A DNA stretch of 64,000 nucleotides. It comes from Octopus bimaculoides (taxonomy: Eukaryota). The notes below the pieces were generated by a model, which worked only from the letters and a program-made list of their open reading frames with translations, made no database searches and was not told the DNA's origin. Location: contig NC_068986.1 of NCBI RefSeq assembly GCF_001194135.2, forward strand, positions 2,958,991 through 3,022,990, written 5' to 3'. Shown here piece by piece: positions 1 to 11,884 of this stretch. The first letter of the stretch is position 1, and each line of letters opens with the position of its first letter. Both the position numbers and the translations under genes were made by a program.

Positions 1-250
1 GAGTTGAACTCGAAACTAAAGATCCGGAAGAAATATCACGAGGTATTTTTCTGACACTGTAACGGTTCTACCAGCTCACTAGTTTGGGGCAAGCTAGCAA
101 TTCAAGCACAACACGAGCATTTTTCTAGGGGTTGGGGTTGATATAATCGACCCGAATCCAGTACTTGGCTAAAAATATATTTCATCGACTCCACTTGGAT
201 GAAAGGCAAAGCTGACGACGGCAGGTTTTGGACTAAAGGTTTAGCTAATA
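1..250 (-). mobile_element. Degenerate SINE family A fragments
   Basis: Reverse-complement matches to the core (ggatgaaaggcaaag..., tcgacc..ccagtac) of the SINE seen intact at 5989-6203 and 47740-47970. Confidence 0.6.
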
Positions 251-659
251 ATAATGGCTTAAAATGAACGTTAAGGTCTGTAAGAAACATCGAGCAATTT
301 CTTCCGAACCAGGGTCTGCCTTAAAATTGCTGGCCAAATGGATTTCTGTCTCCTTAATAAAATCTTTTATTTCTTTAAATATTTTCTCACACACCTTTCC
401 ATATGGGAGATCTCAAACATGAGGTGGCGCTCCTCAGCACGTATTACGCCACTTAACTGTCAGCTGGAACATTTCCATTCCTGCAGAGGTCAACTTTGTT
501 TTTCATCCTTCGATGAAATAAGTTACCAGTCAAATTATCTAATTGACTGTCCCCTAACCACAAAACCCCGCCAAGGTTTTAGGAAGAAATAAGGATGAAA
601 ACAGAAAAAAAACTGACAATTAAAAGACAAAATAAAAATAAAAATAGCTGCAGAAAATT

Positions 660-1412
660 TTCATTTAAGCCTAGGGCCCAAAATACTGAGCTGAGGGTTT
701 TGTCGATGAAATCGATTCCAGTACTTGACCGGAACTCAATTTCTAACATAGGCCCAAAGCCTGAATTAGAGGTGGGTGGTAAGTCGATTGTATCGAGCCC
801 AGTAATAGAATTATACTTTATTTTATCGACTCCAGTATTTAACTGGTACCTTATTTTATCGACTGTAGTACTTAACTAAAACTTTATTTAATTGACTCTG
901 AAAAAAGAAAAATCAATGTTGATCGTGGTGGAATTTGAACTCAAGATGCAAACAGCTGGAAGAATACCACAGAGAAATTCGACGCGTTAGCGATTCTGCA
1001 ATCTACTGCCCTAATGGCTGTGGAAATAATTCTTTCTATTATAGCCAAATGGTCTGAAATTTGGTGGCGATTACACCAACACTAGTGCTCAACTGGTACT
1101 TATTTTATCGACCCCGAAATGATAAAGGTCAAAGTTGCTAACCATTTTGCCTGGCGTGCTAACGATTCTGGCAGCTTGCCGCCTTAATAGTTACAGAAAT
1201 AATGGTTTTAATTTGTTAGCATAGGGCCAGCAATTTTTGTGGCAGTGGTTAAAGTCGATTACTATGTTCAAATGGTACTTATTTTATCGGCCTAGAAAGG
1301 ATAAAAGGAATGGTGGACCTCGGCGGAATTTAAACTCAGAACGTAATGACGAACGAATTGCTTCTCGGCATTTTACCTGGCGTGCTTAACGTCTCTGCCA
1401 ACTCGCTGCCTT
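660..1412 (-). mobile_element. Head-to-tail array of about 4-5 SINE family A copies or fragments
   Basis: Repeated aactggtacttattttatcgac, ggaatttgaactca and gctaacgattctg..agct.gccgcctt blocks in the same orientation. Confidence 0.75.
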
Positions 1413-1759
1413 AAAAGCTACAGAAATACTAAAAGGTAGACACTCAAGAAGACACGATGAAATAAAAACTAAATGGAAAAGAAAACTTCTTTATTGCTCC
1501 GGGAGTAAAACAAACATATTGTGACTGATTTCAGGTGGGTGGAATACTAAGACTGGACGATTGATGACCGCATCATAGGATATGAATATTCTCCCGCTAT
1601 AAATAAACAACAGATGCATGACACTAAATAAAACATTTGATCGTATATTCCTCAATCTGTCTGACTGTGGCTAGCAAAATACCTCCAGCTGAAACTTCTA
1701 CGGTTTTACCGGATTAATAAAATCAACAATGACAAAAACAAACTGCAGTAGAGTCTGTA

Positions 1760-1870
1760 TGAGAAGCCTATGCGTGTTTACGCAACCTATTTGAAATAGC
1801 AGATAAATATTCCTCAGATAATACATTCTGGTGTATTAAAAGAAAAAGGAAGACCGCATTGAATGATGGA
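1760..1870 (+). mobile_element. SINE family F fragment
   Basis: The motif gacct..tt.gaaatagcag..aaat..cctca recurs at 33345-33430 and 48740-48915 (+) and at 8130-8200, 34870-34935 and 35135-35200 (-). Confidence 0.5.
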
Positions 1871-1943
1871 TTTCTGAATGTACTCGGTCTGGAGAGAAGA
1901 CGCGATAGACGTTGACCATGAGCACGTTCAACATGCTGCACCT

Positions 1944-1992
1944 GAAGAAGAAGAAGAAGAAGAAGAAGAAGAAGAGGAGGAGGAGGAAAAAA

Positions 1993-2038
<46 letters not shown>

Positions 2039-2052
2039 AGAAGAAGAAGAAG
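1944..2052. repeat. (GAA/GAG)n microsatellite
   Basis: Direct reading; it explains the poly-E, poly-K and poly-F ORFs. Confidence 0.95.
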
Positions 2053-2146
2053 GCACTTTTAATAATGCATTCTGAGCAGTGTTCCATGACAGTTCAACAT
2101 TTTGGAATTAACGAAGGTTTCCGTAGTTACGTTTCACAAAAAAAAT

Positions 2147-2760
2147 TACGAGGTCGGCTAAAAGTTCATACGTTGATCAAGATAGTCTCATGAAATGTGA
2201 CAAAATGAGGTTTATTTTTCAACATAGTCCCTCTTGCGGTCCACACACTTCTTCCAACGGTGTTGGGTCCCATTGGTGAAGAAGCTTTCATCCTGTTAGT
2301 CAAAAAAGTCATCAGCAGCAGATATGACGTCATCATCGATGCGATACAGGTTCACAGGCAAGTATTTATTTCATGCTGGGGAACAGACGATGGTCATATG
2401 GAGGCAAATCAGGAGAACAAGAAAGGTGATCAACCAGTTCAAAGCCACAGTCACACACAGCAACCAGTGAAATCAAGGACTTGTTTGCTGAAGCATTGTC
2501 CTGATGAAACAAAGACCCTTTCATCACTTTTCCTGAGTGTTTGGCCTTGATCACCTTCCGTAACTCTCTATTGATGGTGTGGCCCTTTCGAAGGTAGTCA
2601 ATAAATACAATGCCTTTAGCATCCCTAAAAACTGCAGATGAAACAACTTTGGCCTTCTTTGGTAGAGGTGAGGAGAGGCGTTTCCACTGCATGGATTGTC
2701 AACATTTCTGTTTTTGCAACGGTGAATCACGAAGTACATAAAGCTATAATACTGTGTAAA
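2147..2760 (-). mobile_element. Truncated mariner (Tc1/mariner DD34D) transposon, 3' part
   Basis: ORF 2366-2692 reads VFRDAKGIVFIDYL...FHQDNA...ELVDH.SCSPDLPPYD..LFPSMK (mariner HQDNA and YSPDLAP motifs, decayed). A mariner-type end TA-CGAGGTCGGCTAAAAGTTC lies at 2147. Confidence 0.9.
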
Positions 2761-2904
2761 AACGCTTGCTGTCTGACTTCGGCTTCCTAACAGTTACAAG
2801 CTATTAATTATAGCTTTATCTGTTTCGAGATTCGCCGTTCCCAGAAACAATTATTTTACGTTGTCGAAGTTTCTAAATTCTTATGACGCCAACAGTCTAC
2901 ATAT

Positions 2905-3130
2905 ATACATAAATACATACATACATACATACATACATTCATACATACATACATACATACATACATACATACATACATACATGCATGCATGCATGCATGC
3001 ATACATGCATACGCGCTCGCACACACACACGGGCGTTGAATTCTGGAGAATTATATTGATGCGCATATGCGTATGTATGTATGTATTTATGTATATATAT
3101 GTACATATTGATATGTATATATCTGTGTAG

Positions 3131-3174
<44 letters not shown>

Positions 3175-3389
3175 NNNNNNNNNNTGTGTGTGTGTGTGTG
3201 TGTGCGTGTGTGTGTATGTGTGTGTGTGTGTGTTATTGTGTGTTATTTAAAAATGGAACGATAGTTTTGACCGATTTCGGATATTTTCCAAGGGTTCTTG
3301 AAAAGTCGCTGAGCCATTTTAGAATTTATATAGAAAATGTATTTATTTATGTATGTATGTATGTATGTATGTATGTATGTATATATGTA

Positions 3390-3430
<41 letters not shown>

Positions 3431-3545
3431 TAATGTATGTATATGTGTGCGTGGGTATGCATCTGTGTCTGCATGCATGAATACCTGTAAATATGTAACC
3501 ATGTATATATGTATGTACGTATGTTAGGATGTATGTATTGTGTAT
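2905..3545. repeat. (TACA)n/(TG)n/(TATG)n microsatellite cluster
   Basis: Direct reading. Confidence 0.9.
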
Positions 3546-3989
3546 GTAATGTGATTTTAAAGTAAATTAAAGATAGCAGATATTAATTACTGAAAAAGGA
3601 CGACAAGCGAAAGAAAAAAATAATTCAATAAATAACAAGCATAAGAAAAACTAGTTCAATAACTAAAAACGTTGAAATACGCGCACGCGCGCGGTCGTCT
3701 GCTACTGGAAGCACAGCAGCCACAGCGACGTCGGCGGCGGCAGCGGCTGCAGCAATAACTATTCTGCGAAAGATCGTAAACGTAGCCAATGCAGCTACTA
3801 AGAATCGTAGTGAAGAGGTCGTAGTTACAATTATAAATCCTTTAAGTGTTGGGTTTGCTTTTGTTCCAGTTTTCCTGGGTTTAATGAGTAACTGTAGCAC
3901 ACTGTGGATAAATATACCAACATCAAAGAGAGAACTATGACTCTCACTTGGTATCGATCTCCAAGTAAAAGGTCAACGCTAAACAATCG

Positions 3990-4230
3990 ATATTGATACG
4001 TCTGCAGTCTGGCTAATTGAGAAATATAAGGAAAAAAAGGAAGCCAAAGCGCTTTTGTAGACAGAATGATTCACCCACGAGAAACGGTGAGGTGACGATG
4101 TGTAAGAGGCGTCATCTAGCAATATTAACGATTCTCTTAGATGGGCGAGTATCAGAACATCAGGACTATCACCAGACGGGGAATAATGGACATGTTGAAG
4201 CTTATCAAAGCTGACATGATGAATCACACA
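3990..4230 (+). mobile_element. Possible highly decayed RTE-type LINE 3' fragment
   Basis: Translation KKRKPKRF...TILLDGRV weakly resembles the RTE C-terminal KKRKLxYFGH...TILEGKV. Confidence 0.25.
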
Positions 4231-4779
4231 AGAAGAGTATAGAGTATACACACACACATACATACATACATACATACATACATACATACATACATACATA
4301 CATACTTACATACATACATACATATATATTCCTGGTGTTACCTGATTAAATTTTCAAAATTAAATTAAATTTAGCACTTACATTATTTTATCTAAATTTT
4401 AAGATTAATTTTCAAACGTTATATGAAAACCAAAATGATTCGAGAATTAAAAAATACATAGGTTATATATATATATATATATTTGTGTGTGTGTGTGTGT
4501 ATTTATGTATGTATACATATATATNNNNNNNNNNNNNNNNNNNNNNNNNNNNNNNNNNNNNNNNNNNNNNNNNNNNNNNNNNNNNNNNNNNNNNNNNNNN
4601 NNNNNNNNNNNNNNNNNNNNNNNNNNNNNNNNNNNNNNNNNNNNNNNNNNNNNNNNNNNNNNNNNNNNNNNTATATACATATACATATATCATTGCTATA
4701 TAATAAAAAGTATAATTATAATGGAGAGTACACGAAGCACCAGTCTGCTAGATATATAAGTTAAAATATATATACATAA

Positions 4780-4838
<59 letters not shown>

Positions 4839-5071
4839 TGTTTTAATTATTATGAATCTTTTCTGTATATATATATATATATATCTTAACAGGAGCCTAA
4901 GGCTCATTCCCATACCTGAGTTTAACTATAGTAGCAAGAATTAACTGTTGCCATTAAATTAGAGTACAAAGGTAATTTATCAAAGATATTAGGCATTCTA
5001 ACATAAACAGTAATCTAACGCGGTTTTCTGCTAGTTCGTCCTGTAAGGACATACATATACGCATGCATACA

Positions 5072-5102
<31 letters not shown>

Positions 5103-5266
5103 CTACAAACAAACATACATTCATACATACTTGCAATAGCTATAAAGATGCAAGTCTCCATTGTACATTTTGTATGGAGTTCTACATCAGATGATGTCTA
5201 TTTACTGTATAATATACACCTATATATATTTAACATTCACAATATTATGATACATACATACATACG

Positions 5267-5344
<78 letters not shown>

Positions 5345-5449
5345 TATATATGTGAGTGTCTGTATGTGTGTGTGTGTATATTAACACCTATGCATTCCTA
5401 TCTATCCATTTGCTTATATATATGTATGTCTCATACACACATATATATA

Positions 5450-5650
5450 TTCAGCATGTGCAACCATTAACCCAGGCTCATTTTTTTCTTCTTGTTCCAT
5501 TTCCCCCTCTGTCTGTTTTCTCTCTTCAGTCCTTTCCGTAGAAGACCGTAGGCTTGAAACATCAAAGACTTCTTCCATTTTTCCTGAGCGTTAAACTAAT
5601 GCACCTGGTTCGTACTTACCTCACCTGTCTCTGTCTTTTGCTTTTTGCTT
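5450..5650 (+). mobile_element. Short interspersed element with variant hammerhead-like fold, copy 1 (decayed)
   Basis: 5529-5570 gtcctttccgtagaagaccgtaggcttgaaacatcaaagac is homologous to 44672-44710. Confidence 0.45.
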
Positions 5651-5742
5651 TCTGTATAATTATATATATGGTTGACTCATATATATATAGTTGACTCATG
5701 TATATAGCTGACTCCTATAGATATATTTGTAGATAAAATAGG

Positions 5743-5785
<43 letters not shown>

Positions 5786-5988
5786 GAGAGGGAGTTGGGA
5801 GAGAAATTGTCGCCTTCAGATGTCCCGATGCGGTTGTCTCTGAACGAGCTGCCTAACTAATTTAATTTTTTAAAATAGAAACAGGGTGCCATACACTGAC
5901 AATAGAATTTTTATGGGCTTAAGCTGGGGTCTAGTTTCGATTTTCGGTTGTTTTGCATCATTCTTGTTATTAATACTCTTTGTGAAAA

Positions 5989-6203
5989 AGGCGGCGAGCT
6001 GGCAGAATCGTTAGCACGCTGGACGAAATGCCTAGCAGTATTTCGTCTGCCGCTACGTTCTGAGTTCAAATTCCGCCAAGGTCGACTTTGCCTTTCATCC
6101 TTTCGGGATCGATAGATTAAGTACCAGTTACGCCTTGGGGTCGATATAATCGATTCCCCTCCGCCCACCGAACTTTCTGGCCTTGTGCCAAAATTTGAAA
6201 TCA
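5989..6203 (+). mobile_element. Young tRNA-derived SINE family A copy
   Basis: Head ggcggcgagctggcagaatcgttagc (A-box-like) and gttctgagttcaaattcc (B-box-like); near-identical 5' half to 47740-47970. Confidence 0.9.
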
Positions 6204-6379
6204 ATGTCCCTGGGAAAGGCGTAATCGTCCTCCATTTCCCATTCTACTCACCTAAAATTCTTAACTGATTACAACGGAACTAATTAACTATCACTTAATA
6301 GCTCTTGTTGGAACACTGTCAAAGAACTAATGATAAAAAATAAATAATTAGATATTGGAGCTTAAATTCACACTATTGT

Positions 6380-6520
6380 AATAAAGCTTTACATGTGGAA
6401 TTCGTGGTCTCGCGTTCGATTCCACTCTACTACCACCGGCATGCATCTTCTATCATAACCCCCAAATGGACCAGTATCGTGTGAGTGAAATTTGGTTGAC
6501 AGAAACTATGTAGAAGCTTG
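6380..6520 (+). mobile_element. SINE family C (decayed)
   Basis: gttcgattcc B-box-like motif and gtgagtg.atttggt.gac.gaaact tail shared with 27320-27490, 45850-46010 and 47603-47739. Confidence 0.6.
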
Positions 6521-6754
6521 TTAGAGGTACCATATCCGTTCTCAGGTGGTAAGGTTTATCCATTACCTGGCTTTACACTACCACTTGGCGCTTGGCTGTC
6601 TCTAACACAGTCGAATCTGTTGCATGCAATCAGACTATACTTCCGGTTTGAGAATGACCTTCTCGCTTTATCCCATCGACCTCGACAAAGTCATTTAAAA
6701 AAAAGGCCCAGCATCCCTTTAGGATGAACAGGCAGTACTGAAATACTAGACAGT

Positions 6755-6905
6755 GAGCTAGTCGAGCCGTTAAATCGTCGGCTAGAGTGCCTAGTGGGAT
6801 TGTTCTGACCCTGTGCATTCTGAGTTCAAACCCTGTTAAGATACACCCTTGCTTTTCATTCTTTCGGGGTCGATATATTAAAGACCAGTCCAGTACTGAG
6901 ATCGA
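6755..6905 (+). mobile_element. SINE family A (decayed)
   Basis: ttctgagttcaaa...tttcattctttcggggtcgat core. Confidence 0.65.
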
Positions 6906-6914
6906 TTTCTCTCT

Positions 6915-7052
6915 TTATCATTATTTAAGTTAGTATTTGGAACATAAGTTCACATGAAGTGCTGATGGAAGGTTTTAATTAAGATCCGTTTAAAACATCA
7001 AGTTTGTATCCAAGGGCAATTTGAGGCAGGTGGATATTAAAAAAAGTTAAAG
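6915..7052. mobile_element. Non-autonomous DNA-transposon-like repeat, partial
   Basis: Aligns with 8975-9110 (tcatt.tttaag...atggaa.gtt..aat...aagtttgtat...ccaagggc). The class is inferred. Confidence 0.4.
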
Positions 7053-7104
7053 ATCATCATCGAATTACAAACGGCTTCTAGTCGGGAATAAGCAGACACT
7101 AACC

Positions 7105-7147
<43 letters not shown>

Positions 7148-7479
7148 ACACACACACACACTTCACATTCTCCTTGTCCAATGTTTTCTAAGATACCCCC
7201 GAGTATTGTATATGACCCCGTGAACTTTTGTTATCGCAATAAGTCGGGTATTTTAAAGCATTGTCACAATGTATAGTTAGTCTTATTACGTAGCAAGTCT
7301 CGTCCCTTTACATAAGGTAGGTTCCTTAAACGAAGAATTTATAGATCAAATCAATCACAGTATATAACTAGTATTTATTTTATGTCGATTCGTTGGGTAT
7401 AAACTGAGGCAATGTTGGCACAAAGATAGTTTTTAACTCAAGACCAAGAGGGACGATACGAAATAATCTTTTCACCTAT

Positions 7480-7665
7480 AGTGGGTAGACAGTCAGTTGA
7501 TTACATCGACCCCAGTGCTCATTAGATACTTATTTTATCGACTTTGAATGGATGAAAGGCAAAGTCGACTTCAGCAGAATTTGAGCTCAGAACATAAGGA
7601 ACCGAAAGAAATACCGCTAAGTATTTTGTCTAATGCTGTAACGTTCTGCGAGCGTGCCGCTTCGA
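7480..7665 (-). mobile_element. SINE family A
   Basis: Reverse-complement core gattacatcgaccccagtgctc...ggatgaaaggcaaagtcgac...gaatttgagctcagaac. Confidence 0.8.
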
Positions 7666-7879
7666 CGAAAGAAATAATGCAAAGCAATGATTTCAAAATA
7701 TGGTCTTTGGGAATTATCAGAGGAGACGTACAGAAGAAGACGTTTCTGTTTGGACTAACTGATGCTCTTTAGAAATATGTCATGTTATAAATATTCTGTT
7801 ATTCTATATTGTCGTTGATTCTATAGTCCACTCTTCTTGAAAACACTGCATTAGGAGAGGATACTTGAGACACAATCGT

Positions 7880-8210
7880 TGTTATGTTAACCCTCAGAAG
7901 TCCTGACTAAGCAGACATTTCTTCTATGACCATCCTGTCTTTTTAGAAGTATATCTAAAATCACGTTATCCAATATTTTCCTTGTCCTTAACTTTTCAAA
8001 GTGGAGACAAGCACCTCCGCCCAGCAAAGCCAGCATCCAGAGACTAGCTTCAGAGTCATTGCTCATCATCAGTCTGGAGTAGCATGGCTTGCTAACTGTC
8101 GATGCCTATCCTTTCCCAAGGCGGTAGCGTATGATTTGAGGAAAATTTGGTTGCTATTTCTTGCAGGTCGGGAGCCCACATAGGAACTCTCAGTATCTTA
8201 TCGATTTACC
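7880..8210 (-). mobile_element. SINE family F copy interrupted by an approximately 125-bp insert (about 8000-8125)
   Basis: The family F block gacctgcaagaaatagcaaccaaattttcctcaaatcatacgctaccg and its tail (ttggataa...aaaaagacaggatggtcatag...aacaac) are separated by an unrelated GC-richer segment. Confidence 0.55.
8036..8078 (-). ncRNA. Type I hammerhead ribozyme motif
   Basis: Minus strand UCCAGA-CUGAUGA-U-GAG(CAAUGA)CUC-U-GAAG-CUAG-UC/UCUGGA: 6-bp stem I, canonical CUGAUGA core, 3-bp stem II, GUC cleavage triplet. There is one deviation in the GAAA box (GAAG instead of GAAA). Confidence 0.7.
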
Positions 8211-8894
8211 GTCCTTATCTATATCTGCTGTTTTTTTACCACTTAAACCGTAAGATTAGGAAAACAAATGTTTACGGAAAAGTTCTTCCAGGTTGCAACC
8301 TTAATCCCCCCCCCCTCTCTCTCTCTCTCTCCCTCTCCCTGTGTGTGTGTATGTATCTGTGTGTAGTGTGTTTGTCCTGACAAATTATGATACGGTACGA
8401 TATTTGTGTATGTTCTTTGTTTCATTTATTAATCGTATAAACGACAAAACTTAATCGAAACGTATTTACAAGGAGATACAAATGGAGTTATTGGACTGGG
8501 CTTATCCTCCGTATTTGACTGTTACACATTTCTTCAACCCCGTCCCTTGAACGATGATATGAGATGAAGTCATCACCGGCAGGATTTGAACTCAGATTGT
8601 AAAGGAACGTAACTGGAAACTGTGAAGTATTATTTATTTTGTCACACTATCATTTATTTTCTACCAGATTATTTCTTTATTTATTTTTGAGTAAACACAA
8701 GACTTATATTTACTGGGGAGTGCTTATTGTATGCACGAGACAGGGGTTTATAGAAACGTGCAACAATGTACACGAGACGAGGTTTTTATAGAAGTGTGCT
8801 AAAGTGTGTGAAGAAAATTTTTAAAGGAGTGTATGAGAGAGCACGTGACCGACAACTATCAGGGTGTCTGGACTGAACCGAGTCTAATGCATTA

Positions 8895-9110
8895 GCCCTT
8901 TTGTTATCCTATTTCCATTAAATCACACTGCCTTTGTGTTAATTAATTTTGAAAATAATGAAGAATTTATTAAAATAACTTTGTCATTTTTAAGCAGGTG
9001 TTTAGATTATAAATCAACACAAAATTTTAATGGAAAGTTCAAATCTAAATTGCTTTGAAGCAGAAAGTTTGTATTATAGAACCAAGGGCGGTTATAGACG
9101 GGTTGGTGGA
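8895..9110. mobile_element. Non-autonomous DNA-transposon-like repeat
   Basis: Homologous to 6915-7052. Confidence 0.4.
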
Positions 9111-9736
9111 CAACGCCTTCATAGACGCTGCATGTTCTGTTCTTTATTTAAGGAATAAACAGATGGTCAATGTCATCTTAAATTAGGTGCTGTGGGTATT
9201 GCAGCACTCGGGACCAGACACAAGCCCATGCTAGAGCACCATCTAGTGCATATTTGAAATTTATTGATTTAATGTTTACATCTGAGGCAATCAAATCGAC
9301 AATTTCGTTCTGTTTGCCCTGTACCATATCACCAGGTTTACGTGGTTATTGTTACATAACATGAGCTAGTATTTAATCTTCAATAAGACTTACACACACG
9401 CACACACAGACACATGTGCACACAGGCATACACGCACAGACAGTAACAGCTGCAACGTAAGTAGTTTCCATGATATCACAAAGACATATAAACTAGCAAA
9501 TATCATACAGACATACAGACATGCATTCATACAATCGTACACATACACAAATATATATATAAACGTTGGATAAGTATCAAATCATTACAGCTGTTTCCAA
9601 CGTATTTTAAATAGATTAATGAGTTCATCGCGACAACAAAAAAAGACGCGTTTTTATCAGATGATACATAGCATTTCAAACAGTAGAACAACCGATGACC
9701 ACAGTAGGACCAACAACCTGATTCCAGCCATATTTA

Positions 9737-9776
<40 letters not shown>

Positions 9777-9957
9777 CGCGTGCGTATATATATATATGTA
9801 TNNNNNNNNNNNNNNNNNNNNNNNNNNNNNNNNNNNNNNNNNNNNNNNNNNNNNNNNNNNNNNNNNNNNNNNNNNNNNNNNNNNNNNNNNNNNNNNNNNN
9901 NNNNNNNNNNNNNNNNNNNNNNNNNNNNNNNNNNNNNNNNNNNNNNNNNNNNNNNNN

Positions 9958-9989
<32 letters not shown>

Positions 9990-10027
9990 TGTATGTGTAT
10001 GCATACATACATAGATAGATACATACA

Positions 10028-10059
<32 letters not shown>

Positions 10060-10389
10060 GGTTAGTGACGTTCTAATAAAGAATTTACATCTTTCTTTTT
10101 AAAAAATAATTTTAAAAAAATATTAAAAAAAAAACTATATCAAGTAATATTCAAAGACTTTTAAATATATATACATGTGTATGTGTGGGGGTGATATACA
10201 TATAACACGTATGTATGTATGTTTGCTTTAAAGAAATACAAAGTGACTATGACTCAAAGTCACATTGCGTTTCTTCTCGCCAATAAAAATTTTGGACTCT
10301 TCTATATAGGTATTCAATCAGCTTTTCAATTAATGTCTGTCTGTCGGCATGGATATATACTTTATATCCATAATATATAGATTTAAATT

Positions 10390-10450
<61 letters not shown>

Positions 10451-11034
10451 CCTATGTATGTGTGTGTATGTGTGTGTATGTGTATATANNNNNNNNNNNN
10501 NNNNNNNNNNNNNNNNNNNNNNNNNNNNNNNNNNNNNNNNNNNNNNNNNNNNNNNNNNNNNNNNNNNNNNNNNNNNNNNNNNNNNNNNNNNNNNNNNNNN
10601 NNNNNNNNNNNNNNNNNNNNNNNNNNNNNNNNNNNNNNNNNNNNNNNNNNNNNNNNNNNNNNNNNNNNNNNNNNNNNNNNNNNNNNNNNNNNNNNNNNNN
10701 NNNNNNNNNNNNNNNNNNNNNNNNNNNNNNNNNNNNNNNNNNNNNNNNNNNNNNNNNNNNNNNNNNNNNNNNNNNNNNNNNNNNNNNNNNNNNNNNNNNN
10801 NNNNNNNNNNNNNNNNNNNNNNNNNNNNNNNNNNNNNNNNNNNNNNNNNNNNNNNNNNNNNNNNNNNNNNNNNNNNNNNNNNNNNNNNNNNNNNNNNNNN
10901 NNNNNNNNNNNNNNNNNNNNNNNNNNNNNNNNNNNNNNNNNNNNNNNNNNNNNNNNNNNNNNNNNNNNNNNNNNNNNNNNNNNNNNNATATATATATATA
11001 TATAAATCAAGGGTGTGTTGCATTCTGTTAATTA

Positions 11035-11352
11035 ATAAGTTAAGAAATTTTAAAAAATGTATAGTAAATGGACAAACGAAAAAGAGACACAGAATGACAA
11101 GTTAAAAAACATGTAGTACATGCACAAATGAACAGAAAACAGACACAGAAGGTCCCCAATGCCTCATCAGTTATCGTCCAGTGGGTGCTACGAAATTGCA
11201 TTAGACCCAGTGGACGGTGACTGATGAAGAATTGGGGATCTACTGTGTCTGTTTTCCGTTCGTCTGTACGTGTACTATATACATTTTAACTTGCCATTCT
11301 GTGTCTGTTTTCTTTTCTACATTTTCTATACATTTAAAAAATTTTCTAACTT
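11035..11352. repeat. Approximately 320-bp imperfect palindrome (fold-back or MITE-like)
   Basis: Left arm ...agacacagaaggtccccaatgcctcatcagttatcgtccagtgggt is the reverse complement of right arm acccagtggacggtgactgatgaagaattggggatctactgtgtct...; homology extends to ataagtt/aacttat at both ends. Confidence 0.85.
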
Positions 11353-11365
11353 ATATATATCCCAG

Positions 11366-11444
<79 letters not shown>

Positions 11445-11884
11445 ATGTATATATATATATACACGCACACCGACATGCATCATACTGAAAGTAAAATATT
11501 TATATATATTTTGTGCAAACATGTAAATATTAATTATACGAATGTGTACAATACATTCGCGCGCGCGGCACTACATATTAATTAGGAGCTGTTCAATACT
11601 ATATTTACCTACCAAACAATATAGATGTTTGTATGTGTGTGTGTGTGTGAGTGTGTCTGTGTGTGTGTGTTTGTTTGTATGTATGTGTGCTTGTATGCAT
11701 GCATGTATGTATGTATAGATTACAGCCATCAGTACAGTAAACCGAGATTTCATGCGTATGAATGGTAAACATTGTCAGTCTGCTGCATGCCACTTACTTT
11801 CACGAGAAACTTATATTCGGAAAGCAAATCTCATTATTTCGATCTTTATTAATATGGATAGATCTAGATTTGTGTCGGAGAAAA

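Noticed and set aside
1836-2193. Poly-Glu, poly-Lys and poly-Phe ORFs
   Set aside because: All three arise from one (GAA)n tract adjoining a SINE fragment and a mariner end
8728-8800. Short tandem duplications (also 36360-36395, 47277-47310, 53558-53595); CRISPR-like arrays considered
   Set aside because: Two-unit local slippage duplications with no spacers; eukaryotic context
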